Positions 10,717 to 22,320 of a DNA stretch of 64,000 nucleotides are shown one piece after another. Position 1 is the stretch's first letter; every line of letters begins with the position of its first letter. Source of the DNA: Ranitomeya imitator (taxonomy: Eukaryota); the NCBI RefSeq assembly GCF_032444005.1, contig NC_091286.1, positions 1,178,001 through 1,242,000 on the forward strand. Reading direction: 5' to 3'. The notes beneath the pieces are model-generated. The model made no database searches and was not told where the DNA came from. It saw nothing but the letters and a program-made list of their open reading frames with translations. Made by a program: the position numbers and the translations under genes.

Positions 10717-11074
10717 GCTGCACATCTCGTATCTTCACAGCATAGACAATTGCCTTCAGATGACCCCAACGATAAGTCTAATGGGGTCAGATCGGGAGAC
10801 CTAGGTGGCCGTTCAACTGGCCCACGACGATCAATCCACTTTCCAGGAAACTGTTCATGCACTGAAGATGGCACGTTCGCGGAGTTTTTCCAGCAAGATG
10901 GTGCCCATTATGGGTGTCAGGTCTGAGCATTCCTACATGAACAGTTTCCTGGAAAGTGGATTGGTCGTGGGCCAGAAGAATGGCCACAGTCTCCCGATCT
11001 GACCCCATTAGACTTTTATCTTTGGGGTCATCTGAAGGCAATTGTCTATGCTGTGAAGATACGAGATGTGCAGC
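10717..11074. repeat. Fold-back: inverted arms of about 140 bp made of transposase sequence
   Basis: 10717-10859 is the near reverse complement of 10936-11074, with a 76-bp spacer. Confidence 0.88.
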
Positions 11075-11112
11075 GGAATATGTCGGCGCTATAGAAATAA
11101 AATTATTATTAT

Positions 11113-12986
11113 CCCAACTTGCCATTCTACGAAAACTAACCCCCTTCTCCTGGTCCACATCCTCTATAAAGTACTTGGGTATCTGGATCACTAGGGACCC
11201 TATGGACTTATTTAGATCTAATTTTTCCCCTCTAATAAAAAAAACTAGAAGCACTAATGAAATCATATAATCTTCCCACTTTATCATGGATAGGACGTAT
11301 CAACGTATTTAAAGCTTACATTATGCCTATCCTATTGTACTCTATGAGTATGGTGCCCATTCATCTTCCCCTTACATTCTTTAAAAATATAAGGTCCTTA
11401 ATAATTAAATTTGTATGGAGAAATAAGCCAGCTAGGCTACCCTTTAAATTGTTAACATGTCCCACTTCTTATGGAGGTTTAGGATTACCTGACCCCTATA
11501 CATATTATAAAGCGATACATCTAAGTAGATGGCTGAGAATAGTAATTGGTATTGAGAGGGGCATGCTGGACATGCTGGATGTGGCTTTGCTGGATATTGG
11601 GGGAATACCAGTCTTATGGTCACGCTCGAAACCAACGACTTCATTGGGTTTGGATGACATAACTCTAGCTACCCTCCATGTTAAGCGGACAGTTTTAAAT
11701 GATCGTCCACCGGATTCACTCCCATCATCCTTGACCCCTATTGCAGTCATTCCATATCTAGTTGATCCTGATTTCAAAGATTCTTATAATTTATGGTCAA
11801 AACTCCCTAGGGATTCCCTCTCTAGCCTCTATGAAGGGAAAAATTTTAAGAACAATATTTGGCCTAGCAACGCCACGAAGTCTCCAAAAAATTTCTTGCA
11901 GGAACTTCACACTAAGCGTATTCTTACGGAATTTAGAGTGAGGTTCCCACAGAAGTCAAATTGGTCATGGTTGGACCTTATGCTTAAAACGGGTACAACT
12001 AGATATAAAACTATATCTCGCTCGTACCACCAACTTGTTACCCCCTCTCAACCCTTTAAACCATCATTTGTTTATTCCTGGGAATCTGAACTTAACTTTA
12101 ACTTCTCAGATGACCAGATCTCAAAGATGTTGAAGTCTGCCACGGGATTCTCTCGATGCATCCTGCTGCAGGAAAATGCATATAAAATATTAACCAGATG
12201 GCACCTGACGCCGGTCAAACTCCAACATTTAGGCTTGGCGGACTCTGACTTGTGCTGGCGTTGTCGGGTCGCCCAGGGGAACCATGCACACATATTCTGG
12301 GAGTGCGGAGGGATCAGGGATTTCTGGGGGGAGGTAAATTCGACACTTAAAAAGTTAAAATTAATTAAAACTGACCTACTGGCGGTTGAGGCCGTCCTCT
12401 CGTGCCCGACAAACAACTTTAAACCCACTAGGCATGGCCTTCTATCCTTGATACTCAGTGCCGCAAAGCACTTAATAACCACTCACTGGAAGAGTGTATC
12501 CCCCCCAACACTAGGTGAATGGTTCAACAAAATTGACCACATTTATAGAATGGAGGAACTATCGAGCTGGGAGACGCATGCCCATGATCGCTTTGTCCTG
12601 AACTGGCTTCCATGGAGAAATTTTCGTTCCGTTGCTCCTTAACATTGCAACTTATGTCTTCTTAATACCGAGAATTCATGCTACCATACTGTTTGCATTT
12701 TGAGTGATATAACCATGTGTACTGAAACTGTTATGTTCACTGTTTCCCCTTCCCTTTTTCCTATTTCCCCTCCTCGAACCACTACTCCGCAGGTCAACCC
12801 CCCCCCCCCTCCTAACCCCTCCTTCCCCCTCCCTTTCCCTTCCCTCTCCTACCATTTCCCAAAGTTTGTGGTCCGGAGTCACTTATAGCCATTGATATAG
12901 CAGATACGACTTATTTACTTGTCTTAACATTACTTGCATGTAACGTCTCTGACCTTTATGTTAAATAAAGAATTTACAAAAAAAAA
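11113..12986 (+). mobile_element. 5'-truncated L1-clade LINE (ORF2 C-terminal half, 3' UTR, polyA)
   Basis: IKYLGI, LSWIGRINVFK, GGLGLPD, zinc knuckle CWRC...HIFWEC. AATAAA at about 12964, then polyA. 19-bp TSD GAAATAAAATTATTATTAT (11094-11112 and 12987-13005). Confidence 0.95.
11257..12642 (+). pseudogene. L1 ORF2 C-terminal region, 461 open codons
   Basis: Post-RT region and CCHC motif of L1 ORF2; 5' truncated. Confidence 0.9.
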
Positions 12987-13007
12987 GAAATAAAATTATT
13001 ATTATTA

Positions 13008-13347
13008 TGAAGCTGCCATATAGTACAATGCAGCCCTCATATAGTCTAATGCAGCCCCCCTATGGTAAAATGCAGCCCTCATATAGTCTAAGGCAGCTCC
13101 CATGTAGTATAATGCAGCTTCCACACAGTATTATGCAGCCCCCCACATAGTATAATGCAAAACCCATATAGTACAATGAAGCACCATATAGCATAGTGCA
13201 GCCCCCATATAGTATAATGTAGTCCCCATATGGCATAATGCAGCCTCCAAATAGCATAATGCAGTCTTTATATAGTATAATGAAGACCTCATATAGTATA
13301 ATGCAGACCAATATAGTATAATGCAGCAGTATACTGCAGACCCCATA
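13008..13347. repeat. 22-23 bp minisatellite, segment 4
   Basis: Same unit; the variant order resembles that at about 20770-21000. Confidence 0.85.
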
Positions 13348-13814
13348 TACCGTATTTTCCGGGGTATAAGACGACCTCCAACTTTTCCAGTTAAAATATA
13401 GAGTTTGGGATATACTCGCCGTATAAGACTACCCCTCCCCAAAGCACATACGGAAAAATTAAAAATCATCAGAGCTTTGATTTCAATATGGTAATTTTAA
13501 TTCAAATGCTTATGACGTGCAGGAAAGCGGTCCCTTCTAACACAAGGCTGCTGATCATCAAACATGCAGAATACGGCAGTGCAAGTGGATTCAACTTCTC
13601 CAAGGAAGGATAAGACAATAAACCCACGGCAGCCGCCATCTTGTTTGTTTTCTAAGCCGTCAACCAAACTGGAACTGATAATGACAGGAGTTACTAGTAT
13701 AGAAAGGTAGGAGACAAAAAAAGCGCAAATAGGGTCTTATCCCCCGGATTGTTTCCAGTCAGTTATGAGAGAACTGCTCAGCTGGTGGTGCACAGTAAAG
13801 GCGTGTAGTGGTCA

Positions 13815-14926
13815 GCTGCTGCAGATCCACAGGCCGGCGCTGCGACCGATCAGAACCGTTATAATAGATGAATGTGGATAAAATCCGCACTGCTGCAGAT
13901 CCACAGGCCGGCGCTGCGACCGATCAGAACCGTTATAATAGATGAATGTGGATAAAATCCGCGCTGCTGCAGATCCACAGGCCGGCGCTGCGACCGATCA
14001 GAACCGTTATAATAGATGAATGTGGATAAAATCCGCGCTGCTGCAGATCCACAGGCCGGCGCTGCGACCGATCAGAACCGTTATAATAGATGAATGTGGA
14101 TAAAATCCGCGCTGCTGCAGATCCACAGGCCGGCGCTGCGACCGATCAGAACCGTTATAATAGATGAATGTGGATAAAATCCGCGCTGCTGCAGATCCAC
14201 AGACCGGCGCTGCGACCGATCAGAACCATTATAATAGATGAATGTGGATAAAATCCGCGCTGCTGCAGATCCACAGGCCGGCGCTGCGACCGATCAGAAC
14301 CGTTATAATAGATGAATGTGGATAAAATCCGCACTGCTGCAGATCCACAGGCCGGCGCTGCGACCGATCAGAACCGTTATGATAGATGAATGTGGATAAA
14401 ATCCGCACTGCTGCAGATCCACAGGCCGGCGCTGCGACCGATCAGAACCGTTATAATAGATGAATGTGGATAAAATCCGCGCTGCTGCAGATCCACAGGT
14501 CGGCGCTGCGACCGATCAGAACCGTTATAATAGATGAATGTGGATAAAATCCGCGCTGCTGCAGATCCACAGGCCGGCGCTGCGACCGATCAGAACCGTT
14601 ATAATAGATGAATGTGGATAAAATCCGCGCTGCTGCAGATCCACAGGCCGGCGCTGCGACCGATCAGAACCGTTATAATAGATGAATGTGGATAAAATCC
14701 GCACTGCTGCAGATCCACAGGCCGGCGCTGCGACCGATCAGAACCGTTATAATAGATGAATGTGGATAAAATCCGCACTGCTGCAGATCCACAGGCCGGC
14801 ACTGCGACCGATCAGAACCGTTATAATAGATGAATGTGGATAAAATCCGCGCTGCTGCAGATCCACAGGTCGGCGCTGCGACCGATCAGAACCATTATAA
14901 TAGATGAATGTGGATAAAATCCGCGC
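13815..14926. repeat. About 15 x 74-bp tandem repeat ending in a hairpin
   Basis: Unit GCTGCTGCAGATCCACAGGCCGGCGCTGCGACCGATCAGAACCGTTATAATAGATGAATGTGGATAAAATCCGC; period 74 (13867 to 13941). Confidence 0.95.
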
Positions 14927-15099
14927 TGCATTGCAGCCAGCACAGCAGAGTCTGCGCGGATTTTATCCACATTCATCTATTACAATGATAGGAGTTAGCA
15001 ACGCCCATCATAACTGCAAGCTAAGGTATTTTTACAGGGTTTGTGGCGTGAGTTTCCCTTTAAAAGCCTTCAAAATCCTCCATCATCTGATATGATAAG

Positions 15100-18000
15100 C
15101 AGATCAATGCCATCTTGTGATACATCGTATGGATCGAATTCCATATCGCTTTCTCTTCCTCTTGCCACAAGTAGTCGTCCTCCGTACCATCTAATGAATT
15201 TGATATGCCGCACTTCTTGAAAGACTTGATTACTGTTTCTGCACCAATATCATTCCAGGCTTTTAGGAGAAACTTGCACAAAACATCCAACTGTGGAGCG
15301 CGCACGTTCCCTCCTTTTGTGAATGACTTTTCGCAGCTATTCATTCCACTGTTCTCGAATGCGATCTTTGAATGTCTTGTTTGGCGCACTTCCAGTGGCT
15401 GTACCAACGATGCCCATCCTGCAGGAACGACTGCCACATTTAGTCTGCAAGCCTTTGCTTGGTGCTGGGAGTTAAATGAACATATCCCACACCAGTAGAC
15501 TACATCCACCTTGTCGCCTGCCCCATACATTATCAAGCCATAGCTTTACCCCTTCCTCATACATCCAGCCTTGAGTTTCGGCCTTGTTTTTCTTTGAACA
15601 ATAATCATTGGTCTCAGTTTGGCGCCATTAGCTGGGCATCCTAATACCACTGTAAAACTGGACTTCTCATGCCCCATTGTTTTAATTAAAATTGTTTTTT
15701 CACCTTTTTGATGGACAGTTATTTCCAACCATATCATTGGAGTTTCATCCATATTTCCAATACTACTTAACGGATAGCCATGTTTAGTGCGCTGTTGTAT
15801 TACGTATCGATGGAAACTATTCACTTTGCTATCAAGATCTGCAAGCAATGTTTGGGCATTATTCGTCTTTAGCCTCGGTCCCATATTCTGCCTTGCCATG
15901 GATCCAGTCCACCAGGGTACAGTGGCCATGAATCCAGTACACCAGGGTACAGTGCCATGAATCCAGTACACCAGGGTACAGTGCCATGAATCCAGTACAC
16001 CAGGGTACAGTGGCCATGAATCCAGTACACCAGGGTACAGTGCCATGAATCCAGTACACCAGGGTACAGTGCCATGAATCCAGTCCACCAGGGTACAGTG
16101 CCATGAATCCAGTCCACCAGGGTACAGTGGCCATGAATCCAGTACACCAGGGTACAGTGCCATGAATCCAGTCCACCAGGGTACAGTGCCATGAATCCAG
16201 TCCACCAGGGTACAGTGGCCATGAATCCAGTACACCAGGGTACAGTGCCATGAATCCAGTCCACCAGGGTACAGTGGCCATGAATCCAGTCCACCAGGGT
16301 ACAGTGGCCATGAATCCAGTCCACCAGGGTACAGTGGCCATGAATCCAGTCCACCAGGGTACAGTGGCCATGAATCCAGTCCACCAGGGTACAGTGGCCA
16401 TGAATCCAGTCCACCAGGGTACAGTGCCATGAATCCAGTACACCAGGGTACAGTGGCCATGAATCCAGTCCACCAGGGTACAGTGGCCATGAATCCAGTC
16501 CACAAAGGTACAGTGCCATGAATCCAGTCCACCAGGGTACAGTGGCCATGAATCCAGTACACCAGGGTACAGTGCCATGGATCCAGTCCACCAGGGTACA
16601 GTGGCCATGAATCCAGTCCACCAGGGTACAGTGGCCATGAATCCAGTCCACAAAGGTACAGTGCCATGAATCCAGTCCACCAGGGTACAGTGGCCATGAA
16701 TCCAGTACACCAGGGTACAGTGCCATGAATCCAGTCCACCAGGGTACAGTGGCCATGGATCCAGTCCACCAGGGTACAGTGGCCATGAATCCAGTCCACC
16801 AGGGTACAGTGGCCATGAATCCAGTCCACAAAGGTACAGTGCCATGAATCCAGTCCACCAGGGTACAGTGGCCATGAATCCAGTACACCAGGGTACAGTG
16901 CCATGGATCCAGTCCACCAGGGTACAGTGGCCATGAATCCAGTCCACCAGGGTACAGTGGCCATGAATCCAGTCCACAAAGGTACAGTGCCATGAATCCA
17001 GTCCACCAGGGTACAGTGGCCATGAATCCAGTACACCAGGGTACAGTGCCATGAATCCAGTCCACCAGGGTACAGTGGCCATGAATCCAGTACACCAGGG
17101 TACAGTGCCATGAATCCAGTCCACCAGGGTACAGTGGCCATGAATCCAGTCCACCAGGGTACAGTGCCATGAATCCAGTCCACCAGGGTACAGTGGCCAT
17201 GAATCCAGTCCACCAGGGTACAGTGCCATGAATCCAGTCCACAAAGGTACAGTGCCATGAATCCAGTCCACCAGGGTACAGTGGCCATGAATCCAGTACA
17301 CCAGGGTACAGTGCCATGAATCCAGTACACCAGGGTACAGTGCCATGAATCCAGTCCACCAGGGTACAGTGGCCATGAATCCAGTCCACCAGGGTACAGT
17401 GGCCATGAATCCAGTCCACCAGGGTACAGTGGCCATGAATCCAGTCCACCAGGGTACAGTGGCCATGAATCCAGTCCACCAGGGTACAGTGGCCATGAAT
17501 CCAGTACACCAGGGTACAGTGCCATGAATCCAGTCCACAAAGGTACAGTGCCATGAATCCAGTCCACCAGGGTACAGTGCCATGAATCCAGTCCACCAGG
17601 GTACAGTGCCATGAATCCAGTCCACCAGGGTACAGTGGCCATGAATCCAGTACACCAGGGTACAGTGCCATGAATCCAGTCCACCAGGGTACAGTGGCCA
17701 TGAATCCAGTACACCAGGGTACAGTGCCATGAATCCAGTACACCAGGGTACAGTGCCATGAATCCAGTCCACCAGGGTACAGTGCCATGAATCCAGTCCA
17801 CCAGGGTACAGTGGCCATGGATCCAGTCCACCAGGGTACAGTGCCATGAATCCAGTCCACCAGGGTACAGTGCCATGAATCCAGTCCACCAGGGTACAGT
17901 GCCATGAATCCAGTCCACCAGGGTACAGTGGCCATGAATCCAGTACACCAGGGTACAGTGCCATGGATCCAGTCCACCAGGGTACAGTGGCCATGGATCC

Positions 18001-19393
18001 AGTACACCAGGGTACAGTGCCATGAATCCAGTCCACCAGGGTACAGTGCCATGAATCCAGTCCACCAGGGTACAGTGCCATGAATTCAGTACACCAGGGT
18101 ACAGTGCCATGAATCCAGTACACCAGGGTACAGTGCCATGAATCCAGTACACCAGGGTACAGTGCCATGAATCCAGTCCACCAGGGTACAGTGCCATGAA
18201 TCCAGTCCACCAGGGTACAGTGCCATGAATCCAGTCCACCAGGGTACAGTGGCCATGAATCCAGTCCACCAGGGTACAGTGGCCATGAATCCAGTCCACC
18301 AGGGTACAGTGGCCATGGATCCAGTCCACCAGGGTACAGTGGCCATGGATCCAGTCCACCAGGGTACAGTGCCATGAATCCAGTACACCAGGGTACAGTG
18401 CCATGAATCCAGTACACCAGGGTACAGTGGCCATGAATCCAGTACACCAGGGTACAGTGCCATGAATCCAGTACACCAGGGTACAGTGCCATGAATCCAG
18501 TCCACCAGGGTACAGTGGCCATGAATCCAGTCCACCAGGGTACAGTGGCCATGGATCCAGTCCACCAGGGTACAGTGCCATGAATCCAGTCCACCAGGGT
18601 ACAATGGCCATGAATCCAGTCCACCAGGGAACAGTGGCCATGGATCCAGTCCACCAGGGTACAGTGCCATGAATCCAGTCCACCAGGGTACAGTGGCCAT
18701 GAATCCAGTACACCAGGGTACAGTGCCATGAATCCAGTCCACCAGGGTACAGTGGCCATGGATCCAGTCCACCAGGGTACAGTGCCATGAATCCAGTCCA
18801 CCAGGGTACAGTGGCCATGAATCCAGTCCACCAGGGTACAGTGGCCATGGATCCAGTCCACCAGGGTACAGTGCCATGAATCCAGTCCAGTCTACCAGGG
18901 TACAGTGGCCATGAATCCAGTCCACCAGGGTACAGTGGCCATGAATCCAGACCACCAGGGTACAGTGGCCATGAATCCAGTCCACCAGGGTACAGTGGCC
19001 ATGAATCCAGTCCAACAGGGTACAGTGGCCATGAATCCAGTCCAACAGGGTACAGTGGCCTTACATCTGTTGCTGTGATGTGCTTAGATTTTGCCCACTG
19101 AAGTGCAAACAAACATATTTGATTTGGTGTCACTACATACCCGCTTTGGCGGAGCTCACCGTGTCTGCTGCATGGTTTCCAAGTTCTGGCCAATGTGGGG
19201 TGCCTCTTCTTACTGCACACTTACCCCTTGGCACACTCTTTAATGCTTTCTCATTTGCTTTCCAGTCCCGAACCATCTTTTCTGATACTCCATATTGTCT
19301 TGCAGCAGCGCAGTTATTATGTTCCATAGCAAAGTTTACAACTTTAAGTTTGAATCTGGCTTCATATTTCTTACTTCTTGCTGGTGGAGCCAT
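15100..19393 (-). pseudogene. pogo (POGK/Passer-like) transposase: Brinker-type DBD, CENP-B HTH and DDE_1, split by a minisatellite
   Basis: MAPPARSKKYEARFKLKVV...NNCAAARQYGVSEKMVRDW; GNMDETPM; GHEKSSFTVVL; LLVWDMF; SLVQPLEV; KSFKKCGISN. Confidence 0.88.
15895..19060. repeat. 29/30-bp minisatellite, about 107 units
   Basis: Unit GCCATGAATCCAGT(C/A)CACCAGGGTACAGT(G), lying inside the pogo transposase. Confidence 0.97.
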
Positions 19394-19747
19394 GATGGGG
19401 TTTTGACTGCTGGACATTTGTATACTGTACTGTATGTACGGGTGCTATACTGTATGTACGGGTACTGTTCCGTATGTGGTATCCAGCAACCAACCAGTGT
19501 ACCTTACTGGCCATTGGCTGGTTGTTGTATACAAACCCTGCTTGGAATGGTCAGCTTTCCCTGTTTCCAAGAGCGGTAGCGCATCCCTCTGGCCCTGCCC
19601 TTGTACCTATTACTGGTACCTCCAAAGAGCACGCTGTGCCCAGAAGAACACGACTCCCAACACCCGTCTGGCAAGATCTGAGAGGCAGAGAAAGAGGGAA
19701 TAAGATACAACGGTGGGCCAGACGGGTGAAAGAGGCATATTTTTCAT

Positions 19748-19977
19748 GATTCTTTACTGTTAGGGCAGTTATAATCTGGAATTGCTTGCCTGAGGAGGTG
19801 GTGATGGCGAACTCAGTCGAGGGGTTCAAGAGAGGCCTGGATGTCTTCCCGGAGCAGAACAATATTGTATCTTACAGTTATTAGGATCTTTAGAAGGACA
19901 TAGATCTGGGGATTTATTCTGACGGAATATAGGCTGAAATGTCTTTTTTTTCGGCCTTGCTAACTGTGTTACTATGT
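19748..19977 (+). mobile_element. CR1 LINE 3' fragment
   Basis: Matches the end of ORF2 and the 3' UTR of the CR1 at 28200-30976, including the degenerate 8-bp tail. Confidence 0.88.
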
Positions 19978-21218
19978 CAAAATGCAGCCCCAATATAATA
20001 TAATGCAGCCCCATATAGTATAATGCAGCCACCATATAGTATAATGCAGCCCCATATAGTATAATGCATCCCCATATAGTATAATGCAGCCCCCATATAC
20101 TATAATGCAACATCCATATTGTATAATGCATCACCCATATAGTATAATGCAGACCCCATATAGTATAACGCAGCCCCCATATAGTATAATGCAGCCCCCA
20201 TATAGTATAATGCAGCCACCATATAGTATAACGCAGCCACCATATAGTATAATGCAGCCCCCATATAGTATAATGCAGCCCCATATAGTATAATGCAGCC
20301 ACCATACAGTATAACGCAGCCCCCATATAGTATAATGCAGTCCCCATATAGTATAATGCAGCCCAATATAGTATAATGCATCCCCATATAGTATAATGCA
20401 GCCACCATATAGTATAATGCAGCCCCCATATAGTATAATGCAGCCCCCATATAGTATAATGCAGCCCCCATATAGTATAATAGAGTTCCCATATGGTATA
20501 ATGTAGCCCCCATCAAAAATAATACAAACCTATATAGTATAATGCAACCCCCTTATGGTATAGAGCAGCCTCCATATAGTAAAATGCAGCTGAATATAGT
20601 ATAATACATCCACCATATAGTATAGTGCAGCCTCCTTATAGTATAGTGCAGTCCTCAAATAGTATAATGCAACCCCATATAGTATAATATAGCCCCCATA
20701 TAGTATAATGAAAATACCATATAGTATAATGTAGCCCCCTCATAGTATACTGCATCCACTATATAGTATAATGAATCTGCCATATAGTATAATGCAGCCC
20801 CATATCATAAAATGTAGCCCTCATATAGTTAATGCAGCTCCCATGTAGTATAATGCAGCCTCCACATAGTTTAATGCAAAACTCATATAGTATAATGCAG
20901 CGTGATATAGCATAGTGCAGCCCCCATATAGCATAATGAAGTCCCCATATAGCATAATGCAGTCTTCATATAGTATAATGCAGACCAATATAGTATAATG
21001 CACCCCCATATAAGCTAGAGTATAATAAAGCCCCCATACAGTATAATACATTCCCCATAGACCTTCAAACAGAATAATGCAGCCCCCAATATAGTGTAAT
21101 GCAGCCCCATATAGTGTAATGCAGCCCTCATATAGTATAATGCAGCCCCATATAGTATAATAGAGTTCCCATATGGTATAATGTAGCCCCCATCTAGTAT
21201 AATACAAACCTATATAGT
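19978..21218. repeat. 22-23 bp minisatellite, segment 5 (most homogeneous)
   Basis: Near-perfect ATATAGTATAATGCAGCCCCC units. Confidence 0.92.
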
Positions 21219-21537
21219 GCAAATTGTCTCTTCAGAGAGGAAGAGAACTAGAACTCTAGTGCCACCTATTGGAAGTAGCGATCCTAACAGTCAATGTCGA
21301 CCCTTTAACGAGCCTTGTCACATGACTTAGGATAATAGCCAAACCAGAATCTCAATTTGCAGACACTGTGTTTCAGGGTACTGCCCCTCATCAGTGCAAA
21401 GTGGAGATCTAATTCTAGTTCTCTTCCTCTCTGAAGAGACAATTTGCATATTTCCCAGAGGAGCATTGCGGCTTTAAGTCTCCTCACCTCGACATGCTTA
21501 TCATGTCACTCTCCGCAAGGAGAAACGATACTTCTTG
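21219..21537 (-). mobile_element. Hammerhead-ribozyme retroelement family B (319 bp, direct plus inverted segment)
   Basis: Flanked by AAACCTATA(T/C)AGT (21206-21218 and 21538-21550). Perfect 36-bp inverted repeat at 21218-21253 and 21413-21448. Hammerhead at 21356-21400. Confidence 0.85.
21356..21400 (-). ncRNA. Minimal type I hammerhead ribozyme, family B
   Basis: Minus strand reads UUUGCA-CUGAUGA-GGGG(CAGUA)CCCU-GAAA-CACAGUGUC^UGCAAA. Stem I is 6 bp, G10.1 pairs with U11.1 as a wobble, and the predicted GUC cleavage site lies between 21362 and 21361. Confidence 0.88.
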
Positions 21538-21829
21538 AAACCTATACAGTATAATGGTAAACACACCAGGGCCTGCCAGATGATAAAACCAGGCCACAAA
21601 CAATGTTCAGTTCAAGATATATATTTATTTGTACCAAAAAAAAGGAATAAAACATCCATATATTAACAATACAATCTCATAATGTGGAAAAATACCTCCG
21701 AACCAATGTCTGGTTTAAAGTGCGGTGCATACAAGCGGACCAACAACCCCTCTTAAGTACATAGTGTGGTAAGTATAAATTGATTTATTCCTGGTTGTTG
21801 CTGCTTAATTATAAATCTCTAGGTCAGCC

Positions 21830-21955
21830 TTGATGACCCCCCTTATGGTATAGAGCAGCCTCCATATAGTAAAATGCAGCCAAATATAGTATAATACATC
21901 CACCATATAGTATAGTGCAGTCCTCAAATGCAATCCCATATAGTATAATGCAGAC
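21830..21955. repeat. 22-23 bp minisatellite, segment 6
   Basis: Near copy of about 20546-20660. Confidence 0.75.
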
Positions 21956-22320
21956 CTGATTGCCCTTACAAATTTATGGTAGAGGGCTACCTGAAGGCCC
22001 TTCCAAATATTTGGTAGAGTGCCGCCTGAGGCCCCTGCCAAATTAATTGTAGAGGGCAGCTTGAAGGCCCTCCAAAATGTATGTCAACATTGTCAACCAA
22101 TGATCTGCACCAAAATTATTCCTGCAGTAATAGCAGCTTTTTAAAATATAAAAGAGCCTTGCCAAAATTGAGTGAGGGCCGCCTGATTGCAATGATAAAT
22201 TTATGGTAGAGAGACGCCTGAAGGCCCCCCAAATATATGGTAGAGGACAGCCTGAGGGACCCTCCCAAATGTATGGTGGGGACCACCTGAGGACCGTCCC
22301 AAATGTATGTCAACAGATGA

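Larger units (their letters stand above)
9355..11074 (-). mobile_element. Tc1/mariner relic, probably DD41D (rosa/Visitor-like), interrupted by the ribozyme insertion and folded back
   Basis: TA|CAGGGTGAGCCATTTATATGGATA terminus. Transposase C-terminal fragments FQQDGA..HEQFPGKWI.RRGPVE.PPRSPDLTPLDFYLWGHLKAIVYAVKIRDVQ occur in both orientations. Confidence 0.75.
13350..19440 (-). mobile_element. pogo-superfamily DNA transposon relic; one TIR at the left, right end not found
   Basis: TA|CCGTATTTTCCGGGGTATAAGACGAC terminus. A decayed transposase is on the minus strand and two minisatellites lie inside. Confidence 0.8.

Noticed and set aside
13815-14926. CRISPR-like array (also considered for the 38-bp and 61-bp repeats)
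   Set aside because: The units are head-to-tail with no unique spacers, there are no cas genes, and the context is eukaryotic.
15546-19220. 1224-aa Trp/Cys-rich ORF as a real protein
   Set aside because: It is read-through of a 29/30-bp minisatellite that links decayed pogo transposase pieces.
19826-21222. Tyr/Gly/Leu-rich ORFs (also at 5760-6990, 8854-9367 and 31654-32749)
   Set aside because: They are translations of minisatellites.
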